A stretch of 38,645 bases of DNA from Methanomicrobiales archaeon. Its GTDB lineage: Archaea; Halobacteriota; Methanomicrobia; Methanomicrobiales; JACTUA01. The first letter of the stretch is position 1. Every line of letters starts with the position of its first letter. Positions 17,179 to 25,055 of this stretch are shown here, one piece after another. Made by a program: the position numbers and the translations under genes. The stretch covers positions 1-38,645 of the forward strand of contig DATKKN010000073.1 in the NCBI GenBank assembly GCA_035542895.1, written 5' to 3'. A model generated the notes under the pieces. That model was not told the DNA's origin, did no database searches, and saw only the letters and a list, made by a program, of their open reading frames with translations.

Positions 17179-17207
17179 CTTTATATACAAGTGTATCGAT
17201 ATACACT
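17179..17207 (+). promoter_or_regulatory. TATA-like box (ctttatatac) abutting a 7-4-7 inverted repeat, AGTGTAT-CGAT-ATACACT.
   Basis: Both elements were read directly: the TATA-like box at 17179-17188 and the inverted repeat at 17190-17207. They lie in the strongly AT-rich gap between the kinase gene and ORF 17266. Confidence 0.45.
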
Positions 17208-17265
17208 GTCTTGCAGAGAACGATATCCGGGAGTCTCTCTCTGGTTATCGGGATGAAGATCAGGT

Positions 17266-17610
17266 ATGATGTTCCCATACGAGATCGAAAATCTCCTGAA
17301 CATGGATGGATTGCAGGACATGAACGAGATTCTGGACCGGCTTCTCAAGGTTCGAGACATCTCCCGCGAGAAGGTACGGGATCTCGGCTTTGACATCAGG
17401 TCCGTGGACCTGGACAACCTCCCGTCCGACATGGACAAGGAAAAGGTCTACTGGATCTCGTTTTACAAGAACCTTTTCAACTTCATCAGCATCCCCCTCT
17501 TCGTGAACGGTGTCATCGACCAGCAGGAAATCGCGAGCATCCGGTTCGATGAACATTGCAAGCACGACATCGCGGAGATCCTGACCTCGATCGAGATGGA
17601 GGCTTCCTGA
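17266..17610 (+). CDS. Hypothetical acidic 114-aa protein with no family I recognise.
   Basis: This is the only substantial ORF in the interval. It has its own TATA-like box, and third codon positions are still C/G-biased like neighbouring genes. A T5 tract follows at 17666-17670. Confidence 0.5.
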   Translation: MMFPYEIENLLNMDGLQDMNEILDRLLKVRDISREKVRDLGFDIRSVDLDNLPSDMDKEKVYWISFYKNLFNFISIPLFVNGVIDQQEIASIRFDEHCKHDIAEILTSIEMEAS

Positions 17611-17778
17611 TCCCTCCTATCCCTTCCCTCCTTCATTCACCCTCCTCCGAAATACCATACCCTTCTTTTTCCGGGCTTTCCCCAAAGAGGTACCCGGCCG
17701 CTTCAGGTTCACAATGCTTAAGCCTCTTCCCCGGTAACCATTAGCCACCGGGCGTGCCCGAGGGAGGTACGAGTTCCC

Positions 17779-18507
17779 GTGCTCGACGTGAAACAGGTCA
17801 CGAAGCTCATCGGCGGCATGACCATCCTCTCGGAGGTGAGCCTCTCGGTCGGGAAGGGTGAGATCGTGGGGGTCGTGGGCCCGAACGGCGCCGGAAAGAC
17901 CACCCTCTTTAACATCATCTCCGGTATCTCACGGCCGACCCGGGGGTCGGTCACCTTCGATGGGGAGGAGATCACCGCCCGCCCTCCCGAGGAGATCTGC
18001 AGGAGGGGGATCGCCAAGACCTTCCAGATCGCCCACTCCTTCCCCAACCTGACCGCCCTCGACTCGGTGAAGGTAGGGGCGATCTTCGGGAACCCGGAAC
18101 TGATGCCGTTGGGCGAGGCCGGGGAGCTCTCGGAGAAGACCCTCGGCTTCGTCGGGTTCCCCGCCGAGAAGCGGGATACGCTCGTCAGGAACCTGACCGT
18201 CGTCGAGCTGAAGAAGGTCCAGCTCGCGCGGGCGATCGCGAGCAAGCCGAAAATTCTCCTCTTCGACGAGCTCATGACCGGCCTCACCCCGACCGAGAGC
18301 AATGACTCGGTGGAACTCGTGAAGAAGATCCGGGCCGAGGGTATCTCCATCCTCATGATCGAGCATGTCATGAGCGTGATCATGGGGGTGTCCGACCGGG
18401 TGGTCGTCCTCGACCATGGCGAGAAGATCGCCGACGGCCACCCGTACGAAGTGATCAACGACCAGCGGGTCATCGATACCTATCTCGGCGACGTCTGTGC
18501 CTTCTAG
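17779..18507 (+). CDS. livG: Branched-chain amino-acid ABC transporter ATP-binding protein (LivG-like).
   Basis: Walker A is 'GPNGAGKTT', Walker B is 'ILLFDE', the H-loop is 'IEHVM', and the C-terminus is 'VIDTYLG'. The signature motif is degenerate ('LTVVE' where LSxGQ is expected). GTG start. Confidence 0.85.
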   Translation: MLDVKQVTKLIGGMTILSEVSLSVGKGEIVGVVGPNGAGKTTLFNIISGISRPTRGSVTFDGEEITARPPEEICRRGIAKTFQIAHSFPNLTALDSVKVGAIFGNPELMPLGEAGELSEKTLGFVGFPAEKRDTLVRNLTVVELKKVQLARAIASKPKILLFDELMTGLTPTESNDSVELVKKIRAEGISILMIEHVMSVIMGVSDRVVVLDHGEKIADGHPYEVINDQRVIDTYLGDVCAF

Positions 18508-18520
18508 GATCGTGAACCCG

Positions 18521-19216
18521 ATGCTTGAGATCACGAACCTGAACGTGTTTCACGGGAACCTGCAGGTGGTCTGGGACCTCTCGGTCAGGGTGGATACCGG
18601 CGAGCTCGTTACCCTCATCGGCCCCAATGGTGCGGGGAAGACCTCGACCGTCGAGACCATCGCGGGGCTGAACCCGAAGGCAGCGGGAAGCATCCGGTTC
18701 ATGGGGGAAGATATACTGGGGATGCCCCCCCACCGGATCTTTGCGAAGGGCCTCGCCCTCGTACCCGAGCGCCGGGAGATCTTCCCCGGGATGGAGGTAG
18801 TGGAGAACCTCCAGCTCGGGGCCAGCGGGCGACCGGACTGGAGAAAGACCCTCTCTCACATCTATGAGCTCTTCCCGATCCTGTCGGAGCGGGAGAAGCA
18901 GAGGGCAGGGACCCTCTCCGGGGGCGAGCAGCAGATGCTTGCCATCGGCCGGGCCCTCATGTCAGAGCCGCGGATGCTCGTCCTCGATGAGCCTTCCACC
19001 GGCCTCTCACCCCTCCTCGTGGGGCAGATGTTCCGCTCCCTGGAGCAGCTCGGGAGGGAGGGGATGACCGTCCTCCTCCTCGAGCAGAACGTGCGGCATG
19101 CCCTCGAGCTCTGCAACCGCGGGTACGTGCTCGAGAACGGGAGGATCGTCCTCCAGGGGAAGGCGAAGGAGCTCCTCCATGACCCTCACATCGAGCGGGC
19201 CTACCTCGGCGTGTAG
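18521..19216 (+). CDS. livF: Branched-chain amino-acid ABC transporter ATP-binding protein (LivF-like).
   Basis: Walker A is 'GPNGAGKTS', the signature motif is the canonical 'LSGGEQQML', Walker B is 'LVLDEPS', and the C-terminus is 'IERAYLG'. I prefer ATG 18521; GTG 18497 is also possible. Confidence 0.88.
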   Translation: MLEITNLNVFHGNLQVVWDLSVRVDTGELVTLIGPNGAGKTSTVETIAGLNPKAAGSIRFMGEDILGMPPHRIFAKGLALVPERREIFPGMEVVENLQLGASGRPDWRKTLSHIYELFPILSEREKQRAGTLSGGEQQMLAIGRALMSEPRMLVLDEPSTGLSPLLVGQMFRSLEQLGREGMTVLLLEQNVRHALELCNRGYVLENGRIVLQGKAKELLHDPHIERAYLGV

Positions 19217-19356
19217 CGAGCTTGGCGGCGAGTCGGTGTCGGGTGCCCGGGAGATCTGTGGATCAATCCTTTATTCGTGATCCCGAATCCCAATAGGCAA
19301 TCTGGTCATCTTTGTCCGTAAATAACAGTTACCGGCCCGAATTCCCCTGGAACTGG

Positions 19357-20367
19357 TCACGCCGTCCGGCTGTCGCTCCCCTTGTCCGGTTCTGCCGGTT
19401 TCTTCCCCGAACCTCTGTTCCTCCATTTCCGGAGCTCTTCGGGCAGGGAGACGAGCCCCCGGGGGAGGAAGATCACGACCAGGATGAGGAGCACCCCGAT
19501 GATGACGAACCGCTCGTAGGTCAGGCCAAGCCCCTTCAGGCCTTCCCAGACGACGGTAAGGATGACGGTGCCGAGGATCGGCCCGACGATGGTCCCGAGA
19601 CCCCCGAAGATTGAGTAAATGACCGGCCAGAAGGAGGTCTCGGCATGGAAGATTTCAGGAGAGATGAAGCTGATGTGATGGATCTCCAGCGCCCCGGCGA
19701 TCCCGGCGAGGAAACTGCTCACGGTGAAGGCCAGGAGCTTGTACCTGACGGGATTGATCCCCGATGCCCGTGCCTCCATCTCGTTCTCCCGGATGGCGGC
19801 GAAGGCAAGGCCGGTGCGGGACCGGAGGATGAGGTGGATGCAGAAGATGGAGACCACGGTGATGGCAAGAACCGCGTAATATTCGTAGGCCAGGTAATTG
19901 GGGATCCCTCCCGGGAGGAGACGGGGAGAGGCGACGCCATCCCAGCCTCCTGTCGTGGCGGAGAGGGGACTTGCGATGATGGCCTGGAGGATGACTGCAA
20001 AGCCGAAGGTCACCATCGCGAGGAACCATTCCTTGAGCCGCGCGCAGGTGAGGCCGATGAGGAGCCCGATGAAGGCCGCCACGAGCCCTCCGATCAGGAT
20101 GGTGCCGAATGGGGAGAATCCCGTCCCCCTCGCCACCAGGGTTGACACGTACGCACCGATGCCAAAGAATGCGGCATGGCCGAGGGAGGCCTGCCCCGAG
20201 TAGGCCAGGAAGTTCCAGGCAGAGGAGAAGAGGATGAAGGTGAGCATGATGATGGCAACATTCAGGACATAGAAGCTCATCCCGGCCAGGAGAGGGAGTA
20301 GTAGCGCGATCCCCAGGGTCAAGGCCGTGAGATACCTGGAGAGCCTCGCTGTATCCACCCGGTTCAC
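19357..20367 (-). CDS. livM: Branched-chain amino-acid ABC transporter permease (LivM-like).
   Basis: A polytopic protein with 'SGQASLGHAAFFGIGAYVS'. I chose GTG 20367, which overlaps the livH stop codon (GTGA). The 610-aa track ORF (to 21189) reads through livH in another frame and is an artefact. Confidence 0.85.
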   Translation of the reverse strand: MNRVDTARLSRYLTALTLGIALLLPLLAGMSFYVLNVAIIMLTFILFSSAWNFLAYSGQASLGHAAFFGIGAYVSTLVARGTGFSPFGTILIGGLVAAFIGLLIGLTCARLKEWFLAMVTFGFAVILQAIIASPLSATTGGWDGVASPRLLPGGIPNYLAYEYYAVLAITVVSIFCIHLILRSRTGLAFAAIRENEMEARASGINPVRYKLLAFTVSSFLAGIAGALEIHHISFISPEIFHAETSFWPVIYSIFGGLGTIVGPILGTVILTVVWEGLKGLGLTYERFVIIGVLLILVVIFLPRGLVSLPEELRKWRNRGSGKKPAEPDKGSDSRTA

Positions 20368-21245
20368 TCCCCCGATTCCCCGAATAAGCCTGTCGGCCTG
20401 AAGATAAGCACCACGATGAGGATCAGGAAGGAGATGGAGTCCTTCCAGATACCTCCCAGGAAGTACGCCGCCCCGTTCTCGGCAATCCCATAGAGGAGGC
20501 CACCCACGATGGCGCCGGGGATGCTCCCCAGGCCCCCGAGGATGATGATGGCGAAGGCCTTGATGGCCGGAAGAGAGCCGATGTACGGGTTGAAGACCTG
20601 CCCGCTGACCACCCAGAGCGTGCCTGCCGCGGCCGCGAGGCCGGACCCGATGCCGAAGCTGATCATGTCCATCCTCTCCACGTTGATCCCCACGATCATG
20701 GCACCCTTCCGGTTCTGGGAGGTCGCCCTGAGGGCCCTCCCCAGGTCTGTCTTCCTGAGCAGGACGTAGAGACCGATGAGGATGAGGGCGGTGACGACAA
20801 TGATGATGATGTAGTCGAGGGGCAGCTGGATAGGTCCCAGGGGAACGGAGAGGTCCTGGTACGGGCTGTTGAGGACCTGGCGATCGTCCCCCCAGATGAG
20901 GGCCACCCCGTTCTGGAAGATGTAGATGAGCCCGAGGGAGAGGAATATCTCGTTCAATTTGCCCGTACCGAGGATGGGCCTGAAACAGAGTCGCTCGACC
21001 CCGATACCGACCAGACCCAGCACGAACATGGTGAGGGGAATGAGGAGGTAGGGGTTCCACCCGGAGAGGACGAAGACGGTGGCAGTGACATAAGCCCCCA
21101 GCATGAGGAGCTCGCCATGGGCAAAGTTCACTATCTTCATCACGCCGAAGATCAGGTTGAGCCCCGTCGCGAGGAGTATGTAGATGCAACCTGCGTACAG
21201 GCCCCAGAAGAGAACCTGGATCAGGACCCCGAGATCAAGAGCCAC
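20364..21245 (-). CDS. livH: Branched-chain amino-acid ABC transporter permease (LivH-like).
   Basis: 'GLNLIFGVMKIVNFAHGELLMLGAY' is the typical LivH N-terminal signature. Length is 293 aa and the protein is polytopic. Confidence 0.9.
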   Translation of the reverse strand: MALDLGVLIQVLFWGLYAGCIYILLATGLNLIFGVMKIVNFAHGELLMLGAYVTATVFVLSGWNPYLLIPLTMFVLGLVGIGVERLCFRPILGTGKLNEIFLSLGLIYIFQNGVALIWGDDRQVLNSPYQDLSVPLGPIQLPLDYIIIIVVTALILIGLYVLLRKTDLGRALRATSQNRKGAMIVGINVERMDMISFGIGSGLAAAAGTLWVVSGQVFNPYIGSLPAIKAFAIIILGGLGSIPGAIVGGLLYGIAENGAAYFLGGIWKDSISFLILIVVLIFRPTGLFGESGE

Positions 21246-21305
21246 GTGTACTCACGGACCTCCCTGTATACTATCGAAGACAGGACGTGATAAAATGGAG
21301 GGAAT

Positions 21306-22628
21306 TTATCCGGACCCGGGCTGGTACCAGTCCGGGAGGACGAAATCGGACACCTTCAGGTTGTCGGGCCAGACGATCTTGGGCCTGACCTCTCCTGCCT
21401 GGGCATCCCAGATAAGCTGCTCCATGAAGAGGGCGAACTGGACCTCGTGGTAGTCCTTGGAGAAGCTGATGGTGCGATCCTGGATGACCTCCACGATCTC
21501 CGGCATCGCGAGGCTCGCGAGGGCGTCCTTCACCGCTGCCTTGTCCAGGGTTCCTGCATTCTCCATTGCCTTTGCAGCGATATAGACGCCCTCGTAGGTC
21601 GAGGTTCCCATCATGTCCGGCAGGGTCCCATACTTTGCCTGGTAATCGCTCTTGAACTTGAGATCGGCCGCCGCGATTGCGGTCTGGGGCGTCGCGTAGG
21701 GACTGAAGCGGCTCTCGATGATGGAATACTCCCCGAACCGACCGATGCCCTTGTAATAGTCAGGGTTATCGTTCGTCTCCACGGCGAGGATAATGGTATT
21801 GATGTTGACATCCCTCCGGGCCTGCACCACGATCTGGGTCTGTTCGGCCGGCAGGGCAGCCGGATAGATCACATCAGGCTTTGCAGCCTTTATCGCCGTG
21901 AGTGCCGTCCTGAAGTCCGCCTCGCCCATCTTGAAGCTCTGGTTGGAGACGATCTGGATATTGAGATTGTTCGAGGTGATGGTGCTGATGACGCCGTTCA
22001 ACACACCCTTCCCGTATGCGCTGTCCTGGTAGAGGAGCGCCACCCTCAGCGGCCGGCTGTCGTTGAACTCGAACTTCTCGTTGATGGCAGGGCGTATGAC
22101 CTGATCCATGAAGAGGGTCGTGTACTGGCCGTACATGGCGGTCGTGGGGCAATAGTGGAAGACGTAACTCTTATCCACATCCGTCTTCCGGGTAACATCC
22201 GGGCTGGAGGCACCGGTGACCACGTACGGGACCTTCTTTTCGGCGACAACCCCCAGCGAGGCAAGGGTCACCCCGCTGCTCCACCCCCCGACAAGGACAT
22301 CCACGTTATCCTCGGAGATGAGTTTCGTCACGGCCTTCACCGCGCTGTCGGGCTTCGTCTCGTCATCGGCGACGATGAGCGTGATGGGGAGCTTCTTGTT
22401 GTACGCCTTGACAAAGACCCCTCCCTGGGCATTGATCTCGCTCACCGCCAGCTCGGCTGACTGTTTCATGTGCTTCCCCACGCTGCTCCCCGAGCCCGTG
22501 AGGGAGACCACCGCCCCGAGCTTGATGTCCTGGGGCGAGGCCTGCTGCTGCTGGGCGCAACCGGCAAGGAGCACCGATGCGAGCACCACCATCAGGAGCA
22601 GGACGGATACCATGGTTCCCTGTTTCAT
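21306..22628 (-). CDS. livK: ABC transporter substrate-binding protein (LivK/type 1 periplasmic-binding fold) with a lipoprotein-like signal.
   Basis: The signal peptide 'MKQGTMVSVLLLMVVLASVLLAGC' has a lipobox-like LAGC. The core has 'IKLGAVVSLTGSGSSVGK' and 'AELAVSEINAQGGV'. ATG 22628 is preceded by GGAGGAAAAGGT. Confidence 0.85.
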   Translation of the reverse strand: MKQGTMVSVLLLMVVLASVLLAGCAQQQQASPQDIKLGAVVSLTGSGSSVGKHMKQSAELAVSEINAQGGVFVKAYNKKLPITLIVADDETKPDSAVKAVTKLISEDNVDVLVGGWSSGVTLASLGVVAEKKVPYVVTGASSPDVTRKTDVDKSYVFHYCPTTAMYGQYTTLFMDQVIRPAINEKFEFNDSRPLRVALLYQDSAYGKGVLNGVISTITSNNLNIQIVSNQSFKMGEADFRTALTAIKAAKPDVIYPAALPAEQTQIVVQARRDVNINTIILAVETNDNPDYYKGIGRFGEYSIIESRFSPYATPQTAIAAADLKFKSDYQAKYGTLPDMMGTSTYEGVYIAAKAMENAGTLDKAAVKDALASLAMPEIVEVIQDRTISFSKDYHEVQFALFMEQLIWDAQAGEVRPKIVWPDNLKVSDFVLPDWYQPGSG

Positions 22629-22926
22629 ACCTTTTCCTCCGCCAGAAGATGCCATGCCAGTGCATGGGCTGCCATGATATGGCATGACAGTGTGAGTACC
22701 TCTGGAATCGGGGAAATATAACCATTGTTATTTGTTACAGGCGACGGAAACCGGTACGATTGTCCGATGAGCCACTGGATCTCCGCCCCATCCTCGTTAC
22801 CGCGCAGGAACCCCGGGGTGGAGGGATTGCTAATGCATCAGAAAGGGGTCCCCGGCCAGGCCCGTGTCATGAAGCCCGGATCCGTGCCCGCACACGCCTG
22901 GAAACGGTTTTTCAATCCAATAACAA

Positions 22927-22936
22927 ATATTTATAG
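22927..22936 (+). promoter_or_regulatory. TATA box (atatttatag) about 23 nt upstream of ATG 22959; predicts a leaderless mRNA.
   Basis: An AT-rich block 'aataacaaatatttatagttttaaattc' lies immediately upstream of the first plausible start codon. Confidence 0.5.
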
Positions 22937-22958
22937 TTTTAAATTCAACCTTGCTTAT

Positions 22959-23534
22959 ATGCCAGACCTGAATGCACGGATCCCTCGGGTAAAAAGACCG
23001 GGGGTTCCGGCACCCGTGGTCGTACCACCCAGGACAAAACCTCCCGCACCGGGAGGTGCAATGGGAGAGGGAGACTGGGACAGGATAACCCCGGCAACCC
23101 GGGCCAAGGTATGGAAAAAGAGGTTTGGCTTTCGTTCAACGGGCACGTGCGTCTGCTGTCATGAGAATTCCATCCACAGGGATGATTTCGTCTGTGGACG
23201 TCGCCGGGCCTATGCCGGCGGCGGTTATGATGTCAGCAACCTGGAACCCATCTGCGCCAGGTGCAGTCAGAGTATGGGGACGCACGACCTGGTACCCTGG
23301 TGTAAAAAGTTCCAGGAAGAGTTACATGCGGTGAAACCGATGCCAAAGACCACTACCCAGAAGAAAACCGTCCGAAGGACGACTGCAAAGAAGCCCGCGG
23401 GAAAGACCGCCGGCGTGAAGAAAACCGTTCGAAGGACGGTTGCGAAGAAACCCGCGCTCAGGGCAGCCGCCGCGAAGAAACCGATCCGGAAGACGACCTT
23501 GAAGAAAACGCCGGCAAAGAGGTCGAAGAGATAA
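22959..23534 (+). CDS. HNH-like zinc-finger nuclease-fold protein with a lysine-rich, histone-H1-like repeat tail.
   Basis: The core 'CVCCHENSIHRDDFVCGRRRAYAGGGYDVSNLEPICARCSQSMGTHDL' has the Cys pairs and the GG...NL..IC..C..SMG layout of HNH proteins. The C-terminus has three repeats of about 19 aa (KKTVRRTTAKKPAGKTAGV / KKTVRRTVAKKPALRAAAA / KKPIRKTTLKKTPAKRSKR). I chose ATG 22959; the track start at 22725 lies upstream of the TATA box. Confidence 0.6.
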   Translation: MPDLNARIPRVKRPGVPAPVVVPPRTKPPAPGGAMGEGDWDRITPATRAKVWKKRFGFRSTGTCVCCHENSIHRDDFVCGRRRAYAGGGYDVSNLEPICARCSQSMGTHDLVPWCKKFQEELHAVKPMPKTTTQKKTVRRTTAKKPAGKTAGVKKTVRRTVAKKPALRAAAAKKPIRKTTLKKTPAKRSKR

Positions 23535-23566
23535 CCTGTCCTCACCACAAAAACCCGGAAGAGAAG

Positions 23567-23641
23567 TGCTGCTATGGGGATTTGAACCCCAGTCGCGGAC
23601 GTGAGAGGCCCGCATGATTGGCCGGTCTACACTATAGCAGC
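23567..23641 (-). tRNA. tRNA-Glu (anticodon CUC).
   Basis: The 75-nt sequence is GCTGCTA-TA-GTGTAGACCGGCCAATCAT-G-CGGGC-CT[CTC]AC-GTCCG-CGAC-TGGGG-TTCAAAT-CCCCA-TAGCAGC-A. The acceptor stem is a 7-bp perfect pairing, the D-arm is Glu-type 'GTGTAG.CCGGCCAATCAT', and no CCA is encoded. Confidence 0.9.
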
Positions 23642-23661
23642 AACCCTATAACCTTCGGTAC

Positions 23662-23675
23662 ATTTTTACTTAAAC
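23662..23675 (-). promoter_or_regulatory. TATA box for tRNA-Glu.
   Basis: The minus strand reads 'cgtttaagtaaaaatg', about 27 nt upstream of the tRNA 5' end. Confidence 0.5.
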
Positions 23676-23772
23676 GTATCCTTCCCGGGCTCCTCCCGAC
23701 GCAGACCCCAGGGTCCGGTCAAAGTTTGGCCCCATACCAACATTTTTCTCCCGGCCATGGAAATAATCTCCC

Positions 23773-24240
23773 ATGGATCAGGATGACGGCCTCGGGCTCT
23801 CCCCGAGGAAGGTGGAGTACCTCAAGTTCATCTACGAAACCGGGGGAAGGGTGAAGACGAACCGGATCGCGTCCCGGTTCGGGGTGGATCCATCGACGAT
23901 TACGAAGGCCGTCGACGAGCTCGCCCGGGCCGGGCTGCTCGTCCATGAGCCGTACCACGGGGTGACGTTCTCCGGTGAAGGGCGGAGGTGCGCCGAGTTC
24001 CTGGTGAAGCGGCACCGGATCCTCGCCCTCGTCCTCACCCGGTTCGGACTCTCCACCGACGAGGCCTGCCACGAGGTTTCCAGGTTCGAAAGCCTGGTGT
24101 CCCGGACCGCCGTCGACCGGATATGCCGGGCGATGGGGCACCCGAGCCAGGGGATCTGCGGGGAGATCACCCACGGCACCTGCGGCCTGGAACGGGAAGA
24201 GGCATCTGAGGGACCATCCACCCCGAGGGGAATGCCATGA
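23773..24240 (+). CDS. DtxR/MntR-family metal-dependent transcriptional regulator (no SH3/FeoA domain).
   Basis: 'SPRKVEYLKFIYE.GG.VKTNRIASRFGVDPSTITKAVDELARAGLL' is the helix-turn-helix region. 'EFLVKRHRILALVLTRFGLSTDEACHEVSRFE' is the dimerisation/metal-site region. The tail is Cys/His-rich ('GHPSQGICGEITHGTC'). Confidence 0.8.
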   Translation: MDQDDGLGLSPRKVEYLKFIYETGGRVKTNRIASRFGVDPSTITKAVDELARAGLLVHEPYHGVTFSGEGRRCAEFLVKRHRILALVLTRFGLSTDEACHEVSRFESLVSRTAVDRICRAMGHPSQGICGEITHGTCGLEREEASEGPSTPRGMP

Positions 24241-25052
24241 GCACCTCGCCGGTGTCATCGCACATCCCCGACCTCAACCTCATCACCTGGTATGCCGAGC
24301 GGCAGGAATCCTTCCTCTCCCGGGTGAGTCCCTGGACGAAGGCCGCCCTCCTCGCCCTGGTGGTCGTCGCCGTCACCGTTTCCCGGAACCCGGTTGTCAT
24401 CTTCGGGCTGTACCTTGCCGTTCTCGCCCTCTACATCCTTGCACGCCTTCCGGTGGGGAAACTCTTCGGGTGGTACCTTCTTCCCCTCATTTTCGTCCTT
24501 TCCCTCGTGGGGATCCTTGCCTGGACCCAGCCGGGGACGCCGGTGATGAGCCTTGTCATCGCAGGATACCACCTCACCCTGACCGACCAGGGGATCCTTC
24601 TCGTCGTGAACCTATCGATGAAGACCCTGACGACGGTCACCTCCTCGCTGCTCTTCCTGATGACGACGCGGTACGAGTACCTCACCGGCATGATTTCCCG
24701 CATCTTCCCGTCCCCGCTCGATCAGATCTTCCTGATGTCGTACCGGTTCTTCTTCCTGACCCTCGATATGGTGGGGTCCATCCTGAAGGCGGTGCGCTCC
24801 CGGGGCGGGGGCATCGTCAGGGGGGTCACCACGCAGGCGATACTCTTCGCCGAGGTCTTCGGCCTGGTCTTCATCCGTTCCCTCGACCGGGCGGAGCGGG
24901 TGGAGAAGGCAATGCTCGCTCGGGGCTACACCGGATCCTTTGCGGGCGCCACGAGAATCCCGCGGCCCGGGATGGCCGAGATCGCGGCCCTCGTCCTCTG
25001 CGCCCTCGCCCTTGTCGCGGGCTCGCTGGTGGCATCCGCAGGCGGGTGGTGA
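24237..25052 (+). CDS. cbiQ: ECF transporter transmembrane (T) component, CbiQ family.
   Basis: A polytopic 271-aa protein. The C-terminal region 'AVRSRGGG...' and 'RAERVEKAMLARGY' matches the conserved CbiQ/EcfT Ala-Arg-Gly motifs. It overlaps the regulator gene by 4 bp. Confidence 0.8.
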   Translation: MSTSPVSSHIPDLNLITWYAERQESFLSRVSPWTKAALLALVVVAVTVSRNPVVIFGLYLAVLALYILARLPVGKLFGWYLLPLIFVLSLVGILAWTQPGTPVMSLVIAGYHLTLTDQGILLVVNLSMKTLTTVTSSLLFLMTTRYEYLTGMISRIFPSPLDQIFLMSYRFFFLTLDMVGSILKAVRSRGGGIVRGVTTQAILFAEVFGLVFIRSLDRAERVEKAMLARGYTGSFAGATRIPRPGMAEIAALVLCALALVAGSLVASAGGW

Positions 25053-25055
25053 GGG

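Noticed and set aside
17611-17660. A pyrimidine-rich tract (tccctcctatcccttccctccttcattcaccctcctcc) downstream of the orphan ORF.
   Set aside because: It is low-complexity C/T sequence without repeat periodicity or dyad symmetry. It probably belongs to the 3'UTR or terminator region, since a T5 run follows at 17666-17670.
19357-21189. A 610-aa ORF that would fuse livM with an N-terminal extension of about 270 aa. Analogous over-extended starts occur at 3269, 3430, 7917, 10785, 26996, 35904 and 36123..37004.
   Set aside because: The extensions run through the upstream gene in another frame and have an Arg/Pro/Gly-rich composition. In every case a start codon at the upstream gene's stop (ATGA/GTGA overlap) or just after it reproduces the canonical N-terminus of the family.
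22959-23641. The possibility that the HNH-like gene plus tRNA-Glu marks an integrated provirus or genomic island.
   Set aside because: No integrase, no duplicated tRNA 3'-end (att) sequence within the window, and no other phage- or plasmid-like genes. The flanks are ordinary transporter and regulator genes with host-like composition. It is kept only as a minor alternative in the finding.
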